Origin: an uncultured Chloroflexia bacterium
GTDB lineage: Bacteria; Chloroflexota; Limnocylindria; Limnocylindrales; CSP1-4
Direction: 5' to 3'
Length of the DNA stretch: 64,000 bases
Assembly: GCA_963833225.1 (NCBI GenBank)
Contig: CAWHXD010000019.1
Location: 448,001-512,000, forward strand
Shown: in pieces, positions 29,239 through 37,883 of the stretch
Layout: every line of letters begins with the position of its first letter
Position numbering within the stretch: the stretch's first letter is position 1
Program-made: the position numbers and the translations under genes
The notes under the pieces: generated by a model
What the model was told of the DNA's origin: nothing
Database searches by the model: none
What the model saw: only the letters and a program-made list of their open reading frames with translations

Positions 29239-30438
29239 TCAGCCGCACACGAAACGGTCGAGCCGGGCGGCGCGACCAGCCACGAGATCCACGAGGCGGC
29301 TCCGGACGCTGTCAAGGGCAGTCGCGAGCGAGGCGTCGGCCGGTGTCGGGAGCCGCATGTCGGGGTCGTTGGAGATCGGGTGCCACGACCACCCGAGCGC
29401 GTCGTATGTCGGCTCCGGCGCGACATCGTCCGCGCGGATGGCCTCACCCGCGTCGGCCGCCCCTCGGAGCGCGATGGGTCGGAAGATGCGGTCGGCGGGC
29501 GCAACTCCCAGCTCGTCGGCCAGGCGGTGGAGCGCCGGCAGCTCGCCGAGGCTTGCCTCCGAGAGGCTGGCGGCAAGCCGGACCGGGACGCCGGCATCGC
29601 GCAGGGTCGCGATCCCCGCCAGTGCGCGCGCGTGGGCTCCCGCGCCGCGATGCGCATCGTGGAGCACGGGCGTTGCCGAATCGAGGCTCACCTGGAAGGT
29701 GACGCGCCGCCCGCCCGCAGCGACCGTGCGCAGCCGGTCCCATCGCGGGCCGCGCAGGAGCATCGCGTTGCTCAGGATCGTGACCGGGATCATGGCGGAA
29801 ACGGCGCTGACGATCTCGGGCAGGTCCGGCCGCAGCGTCGGCTCGCCGCCCGTCAGGAACAGGCGCTCGAACCCGAGGCCGGCGGCCTCGCCGGCGAGCT
29901 CGACGATCCTCGCTCCATCGACTCGGCGCGGGTCGGCACGTGGGCCGGCCACCACACAGCAGTAGTCGCAGGCGAGATTGCAGTCGTAGTTGGTGTAGAT
30001 CCACAGCCGCCGCGGCATCAGCTCGCCGACCTGGTCAAGGGTGCTCGCACCGGGCTGCGCCGAGCCCTGGTCGTCGGTGCCGGCATCACGGTCGCCGGGT
30101 GCCGCCCAGTCCGTGCGCGCTCGCCCCTTGCGCAGGTAGTACCGGCGCCAGCCCGGGCGCCCGGGATCGTCCTCGATTCGCAGGAGCCCATGACCCGCCG
30201 AGGTGGCGAAGCCCTGGAGCTCCTGGGCCAGTGCCGAGACCGGGCTCGTGATCAGCAGGACCTGTCCGCGTCGGAGGCCCAGGAGCGCCGCATGGATGCG
30301 CAGCAGGAGACCCGAGCCCAGATCTGCCCGGCCGTCCTCGAGCTCGGCGTGGACCGGGATCGGCCGGGTGCCTCCGTAGGAGGGGAGCGCCATCGGCAGC
30401 GTCATGAGCGGCACGGTACGAGGGCCCTGTGACGCCAC
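29239..30438 (-). CDS. Radical SAM protein with N-terminal TusA-like domain (Rv1681/MoeX-like); start could be 30405 or 30393
   Basis: RLWIYTNYDCNLACDYCC, LTGGEP, QVSLDS, HDAHRG, WHP, C-terminal FVCG. Confidence 0.88.
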   Translation of the reverse strand: MASQGPRTVPLMTLPMALPSYGGTRPIPVHAELEDGRADLGSGLLLRIHAALLGLRRGQVLLITSPVSALAQELQGFATSAGHGLLRIEDDPGRPGWRRYYLRKGRARTDWAAPGDRDAGTDDQGSAQPGASTLDQVGELMPRRLWIYTNYDCNLACDYCCVVAGPRADPRRVDGARIVELAGEAAGLGFERLFLTGGEPTLRPDLPEIVSAVSAMIPVTILSNAMLLRGPRWDRLRTVAAGGRRVTFQVSLDSATPVLHDAHRGAGAHARALAGIATLRDAGVPVRLAASLSEASLGELPALHRLADELGVAPADRIFRPIALRGAADAGEAIRADDVAPEPTYDALGWSWHPISNDPDMRLPTPADASLATALDSVRSRLVDLVAGRAARLDRFVCG

Positions 30439-30533
30439 GGTGACGCTTGACCTCCCCGCGCTGGCATCAGCGGCCCCGCGAGCTGCGTCCGATGGCCCTT
30501 GCCCGGGCCCCGTGACACGGGCAGCCTCGACGG

Positions 30534-31019
30534 ATGTGGACGAGACGGGGCGGCACCGGCGGGGCGCTCGACGGGCCGTCGCTGCGCGCCGCGGGCATCG
30601 TCTGGATGGTCGTGAACGCGGTGAACGTGCTCCAGGCCGCCGGGTTCGCGACGCGCCCGTTCGCCCCTGAGGTCAACCCGGTTCTCGGTCTGGTCATCGC
30701 GGCCCTGGCCGTGCCCGCCACCTGGGCGCTCCTGATCTTCGTCCGCCAGCGGGCCGGCTGGCGGCATCTTGTGGGCCCGGTCGCCTTCGACGTGTTCGTG
30801 GTCCTGATGCTGTGGGTGGATCAGATCGCCAACATCGAGTGGCGCAACCCCGTCGTCCCGGCCATCCAGGTCCCGTACCTGTCCCTGTTCTTCGGCAGCA
30901 TCCTGCTGATGGGGCTCCCCATGTTCCGGATCGACCGCCGTCGGTGGCTGGTCACAGCGGTCACGACGATCACCCTGCTTGCGGCCATGATCTACGCGAC
31001 GGCGGCCGGCGTCGGCTGA
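30534..31019 (+). CDS. Hypothetical membrane protein (about 5 TM)
   Basis: Hydrophobic helices; clean ORF. Confidence 0.7.
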   Translation: MWTRRGGTGGALDGPSLRAAGIVWMVVNAVNVLQAAGFATRPFAPEVNPVLGLVIAALAVPATWALLIFVRQRAGWRHLVGPVAFDVFVVLMLWVDQIANIEWRNPVVPAIQVPYLSLFFGSILLMGLPMFRIDRRRWLVTAVTTITLLAAMIYATAAGVG

Positions 31020-31087
31020 CGACAGCCCCCACTGGCCGGGGCCGGTGGGCACTATTGCCGGGCGTGGGTCAGCGCCATCCTTGCGGC

Positions 31088-32311
31088 ATGCCCGACGACG
31101 TCCTCGACTGGCTCCTGGATCCCGCTGATCCCGGGGTCCGCCACCTCGCGCTCCGGGATCTCCTGGGACGCCAGCCCAGCGACCCGGAGCTCACCCTCGC
31201 CCGCGACGAAGCGATGGCCGCGCCGCCCATCCGCACCATCCTCGACGCGCAGGACGCGGCCGGCTGGTGGGTCAGACCCGGCCCGGGCTACGGCGGCAAG
31301 TACACGGGAACGACCTGGTCGCTCATCTTCCTCGAGCAGATGGGTGCTGATGGTGCCGATCCCGGGATCGCCCGCGGCTGCGACTACGTCCTCGACCACG
31401 CGCAGGCACCAAGCGGCGGCTTCGGCTACGGCGGCTGGCTGGACGAGGGCAGGCGGCCGCCCCCGTCCTCGGTGATCCACTGCCTCAACGGCAACCTGCT
31501 GCGAGCCCTGATCCGCTTCGGCTGGCTGGACGATCCGCGCACGCAGGCCGCGATCGCGTGGCAGACCGCGGCCATCACCGGGGACGGCGATATCCGCTGG
31601 TACAGGTCGACGACCAGCGGACCGGGCTTCGCCTGCGGCGTCAACGAGCAGCTACCCTGCGGCTGGGGCGCGGTCAAGGCGCTGCGGGGCCTGGCCGCGA
31701 TCCCGCCCGATCGCCGAAGCCCGGAGGTCCGGGCCGCCATCGATGCCTCCGTCGCGTTCCTGCTCTCGCGCGATCCCGCGGTCGCGGACTACCCGATGGG
31801 GTGGGGCAACGCCCGCCCCAGTGGCTCCTGGTTCAAGCTCGGCTTCCCGTCGGGGTACGTGGCGGACGTGCTCCAGGTGCTCGAGGTTCTCGCGGAGCTG
31901 GGGCTCGCCGATGACCCGCGCCTGGACCGTTCCCTGGACCTCGTGCGGGGCAAGCGCGATGCGACCGGCCGCTGGCGGAACGAGAACCCGTACCGGGGCA
32001 AGACGTGGATCGACGTGGACGAGCCGCGCCGGCCCAGCAGATGGGTCACGCTTCGCGCGCTCAAGGTCCTGCGTGCGGCAGCGGGGGCGGGAGCGCCCCG
32101 GCGCTCGCCCGCATCACCGACTAGGTCGGACCCCCAGGCTCAGGGGGAGGGGCGGGGTGACCCGCTTCGTCTGCCGGTTCAGGCTGTCCAGCCTGGCCGT
32201 CCGGGTCACCCTCCGGGTCCGCGTCGGCCGTCGACGGCGGCTGCTCGGGACGAGGCGTGGCGATGCGATCGGCGAGCTCGTCCGCCAGCTCATGGTCGAC
32301 GAGCACGGTGA
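31088..32311 (+). CDS. Prenyltransferase/squalene-cyclase repeat (alpha-alpha barrel) protein; true end probably near 32100
   Basis: DWLL...P.VR, QW-like QDAAGWW, KY.GTTW, FGFP-like LGFPSGYVAD, PSRWVTLRAL; the tail overlaps the convergent gene by 190 bp. Confidence 0.7.
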   Translation: MPDDVLDWLLDPADPGVRHLALRDLLGRQPSDPELTLARDEAMAAPPIRTILDAQDAAGWWVRPGPGYGGKYTGTTWSLIFLEQMGADGADPGIARGCDYVLDHAQAPSGGFGYGGWLDEGRRPPPSSVIHCLNGNLLRALIRFGWLDDPRTQAAIAWQTAAITGDGDIRWYRSTTSGPGFACGVNEQLPCGWGAVKALRGLAAIPPDRRSPEVRAAIDASVAFLLSRDPAVADYPMGWGNARPSGSWFKLGFPSGYVADVLQVLEVLAELGLADDPRLDRSLDLVRGKRDATGRWRNENPYRGKTWIDVDEPRRPSRWVTLRALKVLRAAAGAGAPRRSPASPTRSDPQAQGEGRGDPLRLPVQAVQPGRPGHPPGPRRPSTAAARDEAWRCDRRARPPAHGRRAR

Positions 32312-34340
32312 CGCGATCCCGGGCCTCCAGCACCGTGTGCTCCGTCAGGGCGAGGCTCCGGCCGTCACGGCGAACGAGGATCGGCAGCGAGAGCGCCGGC
32401 CATGGAAGCGAGGTGAGCCGGTCGCCAACCGGTGGCTCGTCGGACGTGAAATCGAGGTCCACGATGCGGAACCTTCGGAGCCACGAAGGCGCCGGCGCCC
32501 CTGCGGGGGGACCGTCGCTGGGTGCCGCGGGAGGGGCGCCGGAATGCGACGTTGAGCCCCCAGTGCTGTAGGCACGGAGCAGGTCGTGGTGCGTCACCCA
32601 GCCGATCACCCGGTGATCATCTGCGGACAGGACCGGCAGGCCCGCCGCGCCGTGCGCCAGGAGTCGGTCGAGTGCCTGCTCGAGGGTCTCGCTGGCGTGG
32701 ACGGCGGGCACGGACTGGGCCAGGTCGGCGGCGGTGGCGTCGAACGCGCTTGTCCGCATCTGCTCCTCGACCCCGTCGGAGGTCACGATCCCGCGGTAGG
32801 TGCCGTCCTCGCCCACCACCGGGAGCGCCGCGACACCATCGACGACCAACCGGTCGACGATCTCGGTCAGGCTCGCCGCAGTCGTGACAGGCGGAGGGAC
32901 GGGACGCATCGCCTCGCCCACCGTCAGCAGCGTCATCGGGCTGGCCGCCGGTCCCTGGAGCACGTCGATGCCCCGTCGGCGGAGCTTGAGGGTATAGATC
33001 GTGTCGCGGCTCAGCAGCGAGGACACGCCCGCGGCGACCGCGATGGCGGTCATCATCGGCAGGATGATCTGATAGTCCCCGGTCAGCTCGAACAGGATCA
33101 GCACGGCGGTGATCGGCGCGTGCGACGCGGCCGCGAACACCGCGCCCATGCCGACCAGGCCGTAGGCACCGGGATCCGCCACCTGCCCGGGCAGGATGGT
33201 GTTCGCGATCATCCCAAACGCCGTGCCCAGCATGCCGCCCAGGAACAGCGACGGCGCGAACACCCCGCCGGACCCCCCGATCCCGATCGTCAGGCTCGTG
33301 GCCAAGGCTTTCCCGACCAGCAATACGAGGAGGAGCTGGAGCGAGTAGTTGCCGCTGATCGCCTGCTCCAGCGGCGCGTACCCCACGCCATACAGCTGCG
33401 GCACCACGAGCAGCAGCAGCCCGAGCACCAGCCCACCCGCCACCGGGCGGAGCCATTCGCGTCGCGGCTCCCAGAGTCGGTCGAGCACGTCCTCCATCCC
33501 GTACAGCAGCCGGATGAACCCGAGTCCGACCAGCGCGGCGACGAGGCCGAGCACCGCATAGAGCGGGTACTCGCCGATGCCCTGGATGGTGAACGGTGGC
33601 AGGGGAAGGAACGAGGACGCGCCAAACGCGGCGCGGCTGACGACGTCGGCTGTCACCGACGCGAGGACCACGGCCCCGAACGACCGCACCTCGAAGTTGC
33701 GCAGGAGCAACTCCAGCGCGAAGAACACGCCGGCGATCGGGGCGTTGAACGTGGCCGAGATGCCACCGGCGGCGCCGCAGGCGACCAGGAGCCGGAGGTT
33801 CGATTCGCTGACCCGAAGCGCCTGGCCAAGGGCCGAGCCAAGGGCCGATCCGATCTGCACGATCGGTCCTTCCCGGCCGACCGATCCGCCGGACCCGAGG
33901 CAGATCGCCGATGCCAGCGACTTGACCACCGCCACCCGCGGCCGGATGCGGCCGCCATGCGCCGCAACGGCAAGCATCACCTCGGGGACGCCGTGCCCGC
34001 GCGCCTCGGGTGCGAACCGGGCGATGAGCGGTCCGAACAGCAGGCCGCCCAACGCCGGCACCAGCACGATGAACCAGATCCCGAGGGCGGGGAACGCCGG
34101 ATGGACCGGCCGATCGAGGGCGCCGTAGTCGGACTGTCCCGTGAACAGGAGCGTGAATTCGCCGATCAGCCAGCGGAACGCGATCGCGCCCAGCCCGGCC
34201 CCGAGACCCGTGATCAGGGCGAGGATGACGAGCCCCGTTGGCCCTCGCTGCAGCGCATCGCGAGCACGCCCCAGGCGTCCGGCGGGCGCCCGGAGCCAGC
34301 CTTGCCAGCCTGCCACGCGTGCGGGTCGCAGACCGGCCAT
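32121..34340 (-). CDS. CLC chloride channel/antiporter with CBS and TrkA_C domains, copy 2
   Basis: GHGVPEV, GSVGREGP, FNAPIAG, GGVFAP, ELTGDY, TIYT. Confidence 0.93.
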   Translation of the reverse strand: MAGLRPARVAGWQGWLRAPAGRLGRARDALQRGPTGLVILALITGLGAGLGAIAFRWLIGEFTLLFTGQSDYGALDRPVHPAFPALGIWFIVLVPALGGLLFGPLIARFAPEARGHGVPEVMLAVAAHGGRIRPRVAVVKSLASAICLGSGGSVGREGPIVQIGSALGSALGQALRVSESNLRLLVACGAAGGISATFNAPIAGVFFALELLLRNFEVRSFGAVVLASVTADVVSRAAFGASSFLPLPPFTIQGIGEYPLYAVLGLVAALVGLGFIRLLYGMEDVLDRLWEPRREWLRPVAGGLVLGLLLLVVPQLYGVGYAPLEQAISGNYSLQLLLVLLVGKALATSLTIGIGGSGGVFAPSLFLGGMLGTAFGMIANTILPGQVADPGAYGLVGMGAVFAAASHAPITAVLILFELTGDYQIILPMMTAIAVAAGVSSLLSRDTIYTLKLRRRGIDVLQGPAASPMTLLTVGEAMRPVPPPVTTAASLTEIVDRLVVDGVAALPVVGEDGTYRGIVTSDGVEEQMRTSAFDATAADLAQSVPAVHASETLEQALDRLLAHGAAGLPVLSADDHRVIGWVTHHDLLRAYSTGGSTSHSGAPPAAPSDGPPAGAPAPSWLRRFRIVDLDFTSDEPPVGDRLTSLPWPALSLPILVRRDGRSLALTEHTVLEARDRVTVLVDHELADELADRIATPRPEQPPSTADADPEGDPDGQAGQPEPADEAGHPAPPPEPGGPT

Positions 34341-34507
34341 CAGGCGGGTTGGTGGAGCAGCGCCGCGGTCGGGCGTCGCATCGGCCGAGCGTGGGGGATC
34401 GCGTGCCCGATGGCCCGATCCGTCAGATTGGCCGGCATCGCGCCCCGTCCGGGTCCATCCACGCCGATCCCCTCAGCTCCTGCAGCCGCCACTCCAAGCA
34501 CGCGGCA

Positions 34508-34541
34508 AGCATAGCGCAATTGCTTGCCAGGTGGCTATCAT
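34508..34541 (-). promoter_or_regulatory. Second copy of the CLC-upstream operator plus TATGCT box
   Basis: Minus strand ATGATAGCCACCTGGCAAGCAATTG-cgc-TATGCT. Confidence 0.75.
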
Positions 34542-34593
34542 CAGCCGAGGCGTGGCCCGGACCCCCCCGAGAGCGTCGGTCGGCGCGGCCAGC

Positions 34594-35097
34594 TCAAAGC
34601 GGCAGATCGGCCTGGTGGTCGAGCGCGCGCGCGAGGGCGGCCTCCTCCACGGGCGTCAGGCGGTCCTCGAGGATGGGGATGTACAGCTCCTCCTCGGACA
34701 GGTGCGCCTTCAGCAGCGCATGCAGACGCAGCAGGATTCGCCGCAGGATGAGCACCGACCCACGATCGACTTCGGACGGCAAGTTGTCGATGAACGATCC
34801 GAGGCTTGCCACCAGTCGGCGGATCTCACGGTGCTCGATGGCCATGGGCACCGTCGAGTTGTGCGTGGCGGCAAGCCGCTCGAGCGTCGGATAGACCGCC
34901 GCCTCGACCGTGTCCATGTGGGGAACCAGGTCCCTCGTGAGGCCGTCGTGCGCTTCGCGCAGCAGCGGCAGCTCCTCGACGAGCCCCACCGTGTCAAGGC
35001 AATCGGAGGCGAGGCGCTCCGCGAGGCTGTCGAGAAGGTCGACGTGGTGCCACAACAGGTGGTGGTGCTCGTGCGACACGGTGGCCAGGGGCTGCAT
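34594..35097 (-). CDS. Hemerythrin/HHE cation-binding domain protein
   Basis: H..EH, HMDTVE..VYP, EHREI, HLSEEE.YIP; GGAGG RBS. Confidence 0.85.
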   Translation of the reverse strand: MQPLATVSHEHHHLLWHHVDLLDSLAERLASDCLDTVGLVEELPLLREAHDGLTRDLVPHMDTVEAAVYPTLERLAATHNSTVPMAIEHREIRRLVASLGSFIDNLPSEVDRGSVLILRRILLRLHALLKAHLSEEELYIPILEDRLTPVEEAALARALDHQADLPL

Positions 35098-35125
35098 GAT
35101 GCCCTCCTCCGGTTCGGCGTCCATC

Positions 35126-35151
35126 GCGCCGCCGGGGAGCCCCGGCGGCGC
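35126..35151. terminator. Strong GC hairpin between the microprotein and hemerythrin genes
   Basis: GCGCCGCCGGGG-ag-CCCCGGCGGCGC; no U-tract. Confidence 0.45.
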
Positions 35152-35163
35152 CTGCCCCGTCCG

Positions 35164-35418
35164 TCACATCTGGCTGCCCTCCCGGGATCCTCGCAGATCC
35201 TCGAGGTCTCGCTCGATGTCGCGGACCATCCGGTTCAGGTCCCCGAGTCGCGCTTCGAGCTCCGCCGCGGCCATCCCGGAATCACCCCGCCGCGGCTCTC
35301 GACCGCGCCGCCCCATGAACCGGCCGGGGTCATCAGGCCAGTCCCCGTAGCCCCAGCCGCGGCCGTGGGACCAGCCGCCGCAGGGAGGGCAGTCGTGCCA
35401 GCCATGCGAGCAACTCAC
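35164..35418 (-). CDS. Small Cys/His/Gly-rich protein with C-terminal coiled coil (DUF5320-like), copy 1
   Basis: MSCSHGWHDCPPC...ELEARL; AAGGAGG RBS; paralog at 48018. Confidence 0.75.
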   Translation of the reverse strand: MSCSHGWHDCPPCGGWSHGRGWGYGDWPDDPGRFMGRRGREPRRGDSGMAAAELEARLGDLNRMVRDIERDLEDLRGSREGSQM

Positions 35419-35419
35419 G

Positions 35420-35833
35420 TCAACCTCCTTGCCGATCGTCGGGAACCTCGAGCCCGTCGAGGAACGCCTCGACCAGTCGGCCCCGCTCGCGCATCACCGA
35501 GATCCATTCCCGCAGGGCCTGGCGGCCCTCTTCGGTCAGCCGGTATGTCCGGCGTGCCGGTCCGTCATCCGTGACCCACGCCGACTCCACGAGCCCGTAC
35601 CCCTCGAACTCCCGCAGCGTGCGGTAGGCCATCCCGACATCGACCCCGTCCGGCGCGAGACACAGCGCATCGAGCTTGGTGATCAGGGCCGCTCCATGCG
35701 CCTCGCCATCGGCCACCAGGCGCAGCAGGAACGGCTCGAGCCACCGTCCGCGCCGCCCTCCGGGCCGGACCCAGCCGCGATGGGCATCGTGGTGATGGTG
35801 GGGGTGTGCGTGATCCGCCTCGTTCGATCGCAT
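35420..35833 (-). CDS. PadR-family regulator with poly-His N-terminus, copy 1
   Basis: LEPFLLRL...AHG, AYRTLREFE..GLV..W, GPARRTYRLTEEG. Confidence 0.88.
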   Translation of the reverse strand: MRSNEADHAHPHHHHDAHRGWVRPGGRRGRWLEPFLLRLVADGEAHGAALITKLDALCLAPDGVDVGMAYRTLREFEGYGLVESAWVTDDGPARRTYRLTEEGRQALREWISVMRERGRLVEAFLDGLEVPDDRQGG

Positions 35834-35846
35834 ATGCCAATAGCAT
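35831..35846 (-). promoter_or_regulatory. ATGC-N5-GCAT palindrome abutting the padR start
   Basis: ATGCTATTGGCAT-ATG; 15/16 identical to 47583-47598. Confidence 0.65.
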
Positions 35847-36099
35847 CCTCATGCGGATGGCATTCTCAAGTGCCCCATCGCCCGTTGGAGATGACCTCAC
35901 GGCCCGGTGGTCCATCGCGAGTCCGCCCAGCGTCCGCCCGATCTGCGCGCGGGATCCACGAAAGGCCCACCCACGACGTGACATACGGCCGGTTGACAGA
36001 TGGGCCTCCCGGACGCCCACTTGCGGTTAGCGAGGGAGCACCCGTGCTTCAGGGCGTCCGCTCCTTGCGGGCTCACCAACTTCATGGAAGGGGACATCC

Positions 36100-37734
36100 A
36101 TGCGCAACGCCTCGTCCGCGGTCGGACGACGTCATCTGGTGCGCGCCGGCCTGAGCGGCGGCGTGTCGCTCATCCTGCTCGCGTCGCTGATCGGCCCGGC
36201 AGCCGTGCTGGCGGCCGTCGGCAGTCCGCCGACGCCGCAGAACGATGTCATCACGATGGATGAGAATGGGACGCCCGCCACCGGCAACGTCCTTGCCAAC
36301 GACACCGATCCCGATCTCGATCCGCTGACGGTCTCGTCATACGTCGGGGTGACCCCGACGTACGGCACGCTCACGGTCGAGACGAACGGCGACTACACCT
36401 TCACTCCCGCGGTCAACTGGCACGGCGACGCGACGGCCTGGTACTACGTGACCGACGGGGTCTACAACGTGCTCGCCTACATCACGATCCACGTGTACTG
36501 GGTCAACGCCGCTCCCGTGGCCGTCGATGACGAGATCGCCGCGACCGAGGACACGCCCGACACCTTCGCCGCCTCGACCCTGGCTGCCAACGACACCGAT
36601 ATCGATGGCGACACCCTCACCGTCACCGGCGTCGCGGATCCGGTCCACGGCGACGTCGAGCTCGCGGCCGGGAGCATCACCTTCACGCCCGACGCCGAAT
36701 TCTGCGGCACAGCCGGTTTTGACTACACCGTGTCCGACGGCGACCTCACGGATACCGGCACGGTGACCGTCGACGTCGAGTGCGTCAACGACGCCCCCGT
36801 GGCCGTTGATGACGCGAGCACGGCCGGTCAGGGTGGCGCGGACGTCGCGATCGACGTCCTCGCCAATGACACGGACATCGATGGCGACACGCTCGAGGTC
36901 AGCGATGCGGGGCCGGTCAGCCCGACTGGCGCCGGCACCGTCGCGGTTGGCGCGGGCGGTGGCGATGTCGTCTACACGCCATCGGTCAGCTTCACCGGCG
37001 ACGCAACCTTCGAGTACACCGTCACGGACGGGGAGCTCACCGACACGGCCCTCGTGACCGTCACGGTCAGTCCCGATGACACCGCCCCGGTGATGACTGA
37101 CCTCGCCACTGCCGTCGGCGGCGGTCGGGTCAATCAGACGGCCCCCGTCCGCATCAGCTGGGCCGGGACCGATGACGCCACCGGGATCGCCTCCTACCAG
37201 GTGCAGGCCAGCGTGTCTGGCGGCGCCTGGAGCACGATCTATACCGGGACTGCGACCTCCGTGAGGCAGTACTTCGCGTTCCGCAAGGACCTGGCATTCC
37301 AGGTTCGCGCGACCGACGTGGCCGGCAATGTCGGCGACTGGATCACGCTGAGCTCCAAGGTCCTGGCCTACCAGGAATCCTCCGCGTCAGTGAGGTTCAA
37401 CCCGAGGGGCTGGAGCCGGTGGGCCAGCCACAAGCACTCGGGCGCCGCCGCGATGTACACGACGACCAGGGGCAAGTCCGCCACGCTCACGTTCACCGGG
37501 TATGCGGTGGCCTTCGTGGCTCCGAAGACGGCCAACAGCGGTCACCTCAAGATCTACCTCGACGGCACGTACGCTGGTCGCTTCGACCTCAGCGCCTCGA
37601 GGACCAGGTACGGGAAGATCATCTTCCGCACCACGCTGGCCGACGGCCCTCACACGATCAAGATCGTCAGCAAGTCGTCCAAGCGGATCTCCGTGGACGC
37701 GTTCATCGTCCTTCAGAGCCGGTCGACGAAGTAG
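36100..37734 (+). CDS. Secreted protein with three cadherin-like/Ig repeats, an Fn3-like domain and a basic C-terminal beta domain
   Basis: Signal-like N-terminus (RR followed by a hydrophobic stretch); repeated N.APVAVDD, LANDTD.DGD.L, F.YTV.DG. Confidence 0.85.
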   Translation: MRNASSAVGRRHLVRAGLSGGVSLILLASLIGPAAVLAAVGSPPTPQNDVITMDENGTPATGNVLANDTDPDLDPLTVSSYVGVTPTYGTLTVETNGDYTFTPAVNWHGDATAWYYVTDGVYNVLAYITIHVYWVNAAPVAVDDEIAATEDTPDTFAASTLAANDTDIDGDTLTVTGVADPVHGDVELAAGSITFTPDAEFCGTAGFDYTVSDGDLTDTGTVTVDVECVNDAPVAVDDASTAGQGGADVAIDVLANDTDIDGDTLEVSDAGPVSPTGAGTVAVGAGGGDVVYTPSVSFTGDATFEYTVTDGELTDTALVTVTVSPDDTAPVMTDLATAVGGGRVNQTAPVRISWAGTDDATGIASYQVQASVSGGAWSTIYTGTATSVRQYFAFRKDLAFQVRATDVAGNVGDWITLSSKVLAYQESSASVRFNPRGWSRWASHKHSGAAAMYTTTRGKSATLTFTGYAVAFVAPKTANSGHLKIYLDGTYAGRFDLSASRTRYGKIIFRTTLADGPHTIKIVSKSSKRISVDAFIVLQSRSTK

Positions 37735-37749
37735 CCGGCAGCGAATGGT

Positions 37750-37820
37750 GAGCCGGCCCCGCCGGCTCGCGACGCAAGTCCGATCACCCGGCCCCCTTGT
37801 CCCCAGGGGACCGGGTGATC
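37750..37820 (+). terminator. Two tandem GC hairpins downstream of the Ig-like gene
   Basis: GAGCCGGC/GCCGGCTC (37750-37768) and GATCACCCGG/CCGGGTGATC (37782-37820). Confidence 0.55.
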
Positions 37821-37883
37821 TGCGTTCCCGGCATCGACGGCTCAGCCCGCCCGCGCCCGGAAACGCGCATCATCGGTGAGGTG

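Noticed and set aside
29200-29250. Selenocysteine read-through at the radical SAM C-G-TGA end
   Set aside because: The related family ends at an equivalent F-x-C-x, the next gene's RBS follows immediately, and no SECIS-like hairpin is evident
31088-32311. Nitrogenase NifH or a true squalene-hopene cyclase
   Set aside because: No P-loop or NifH Cys motifs; a single barrel without DXDD
20466-34340. Fluoride-specific CLC-F exporters or a fluoride riboswitch
   Set aside because: The signatures are GHG/GREGP, not GNNLI/GREGT, and the shared upstream element does not match the crcB motif
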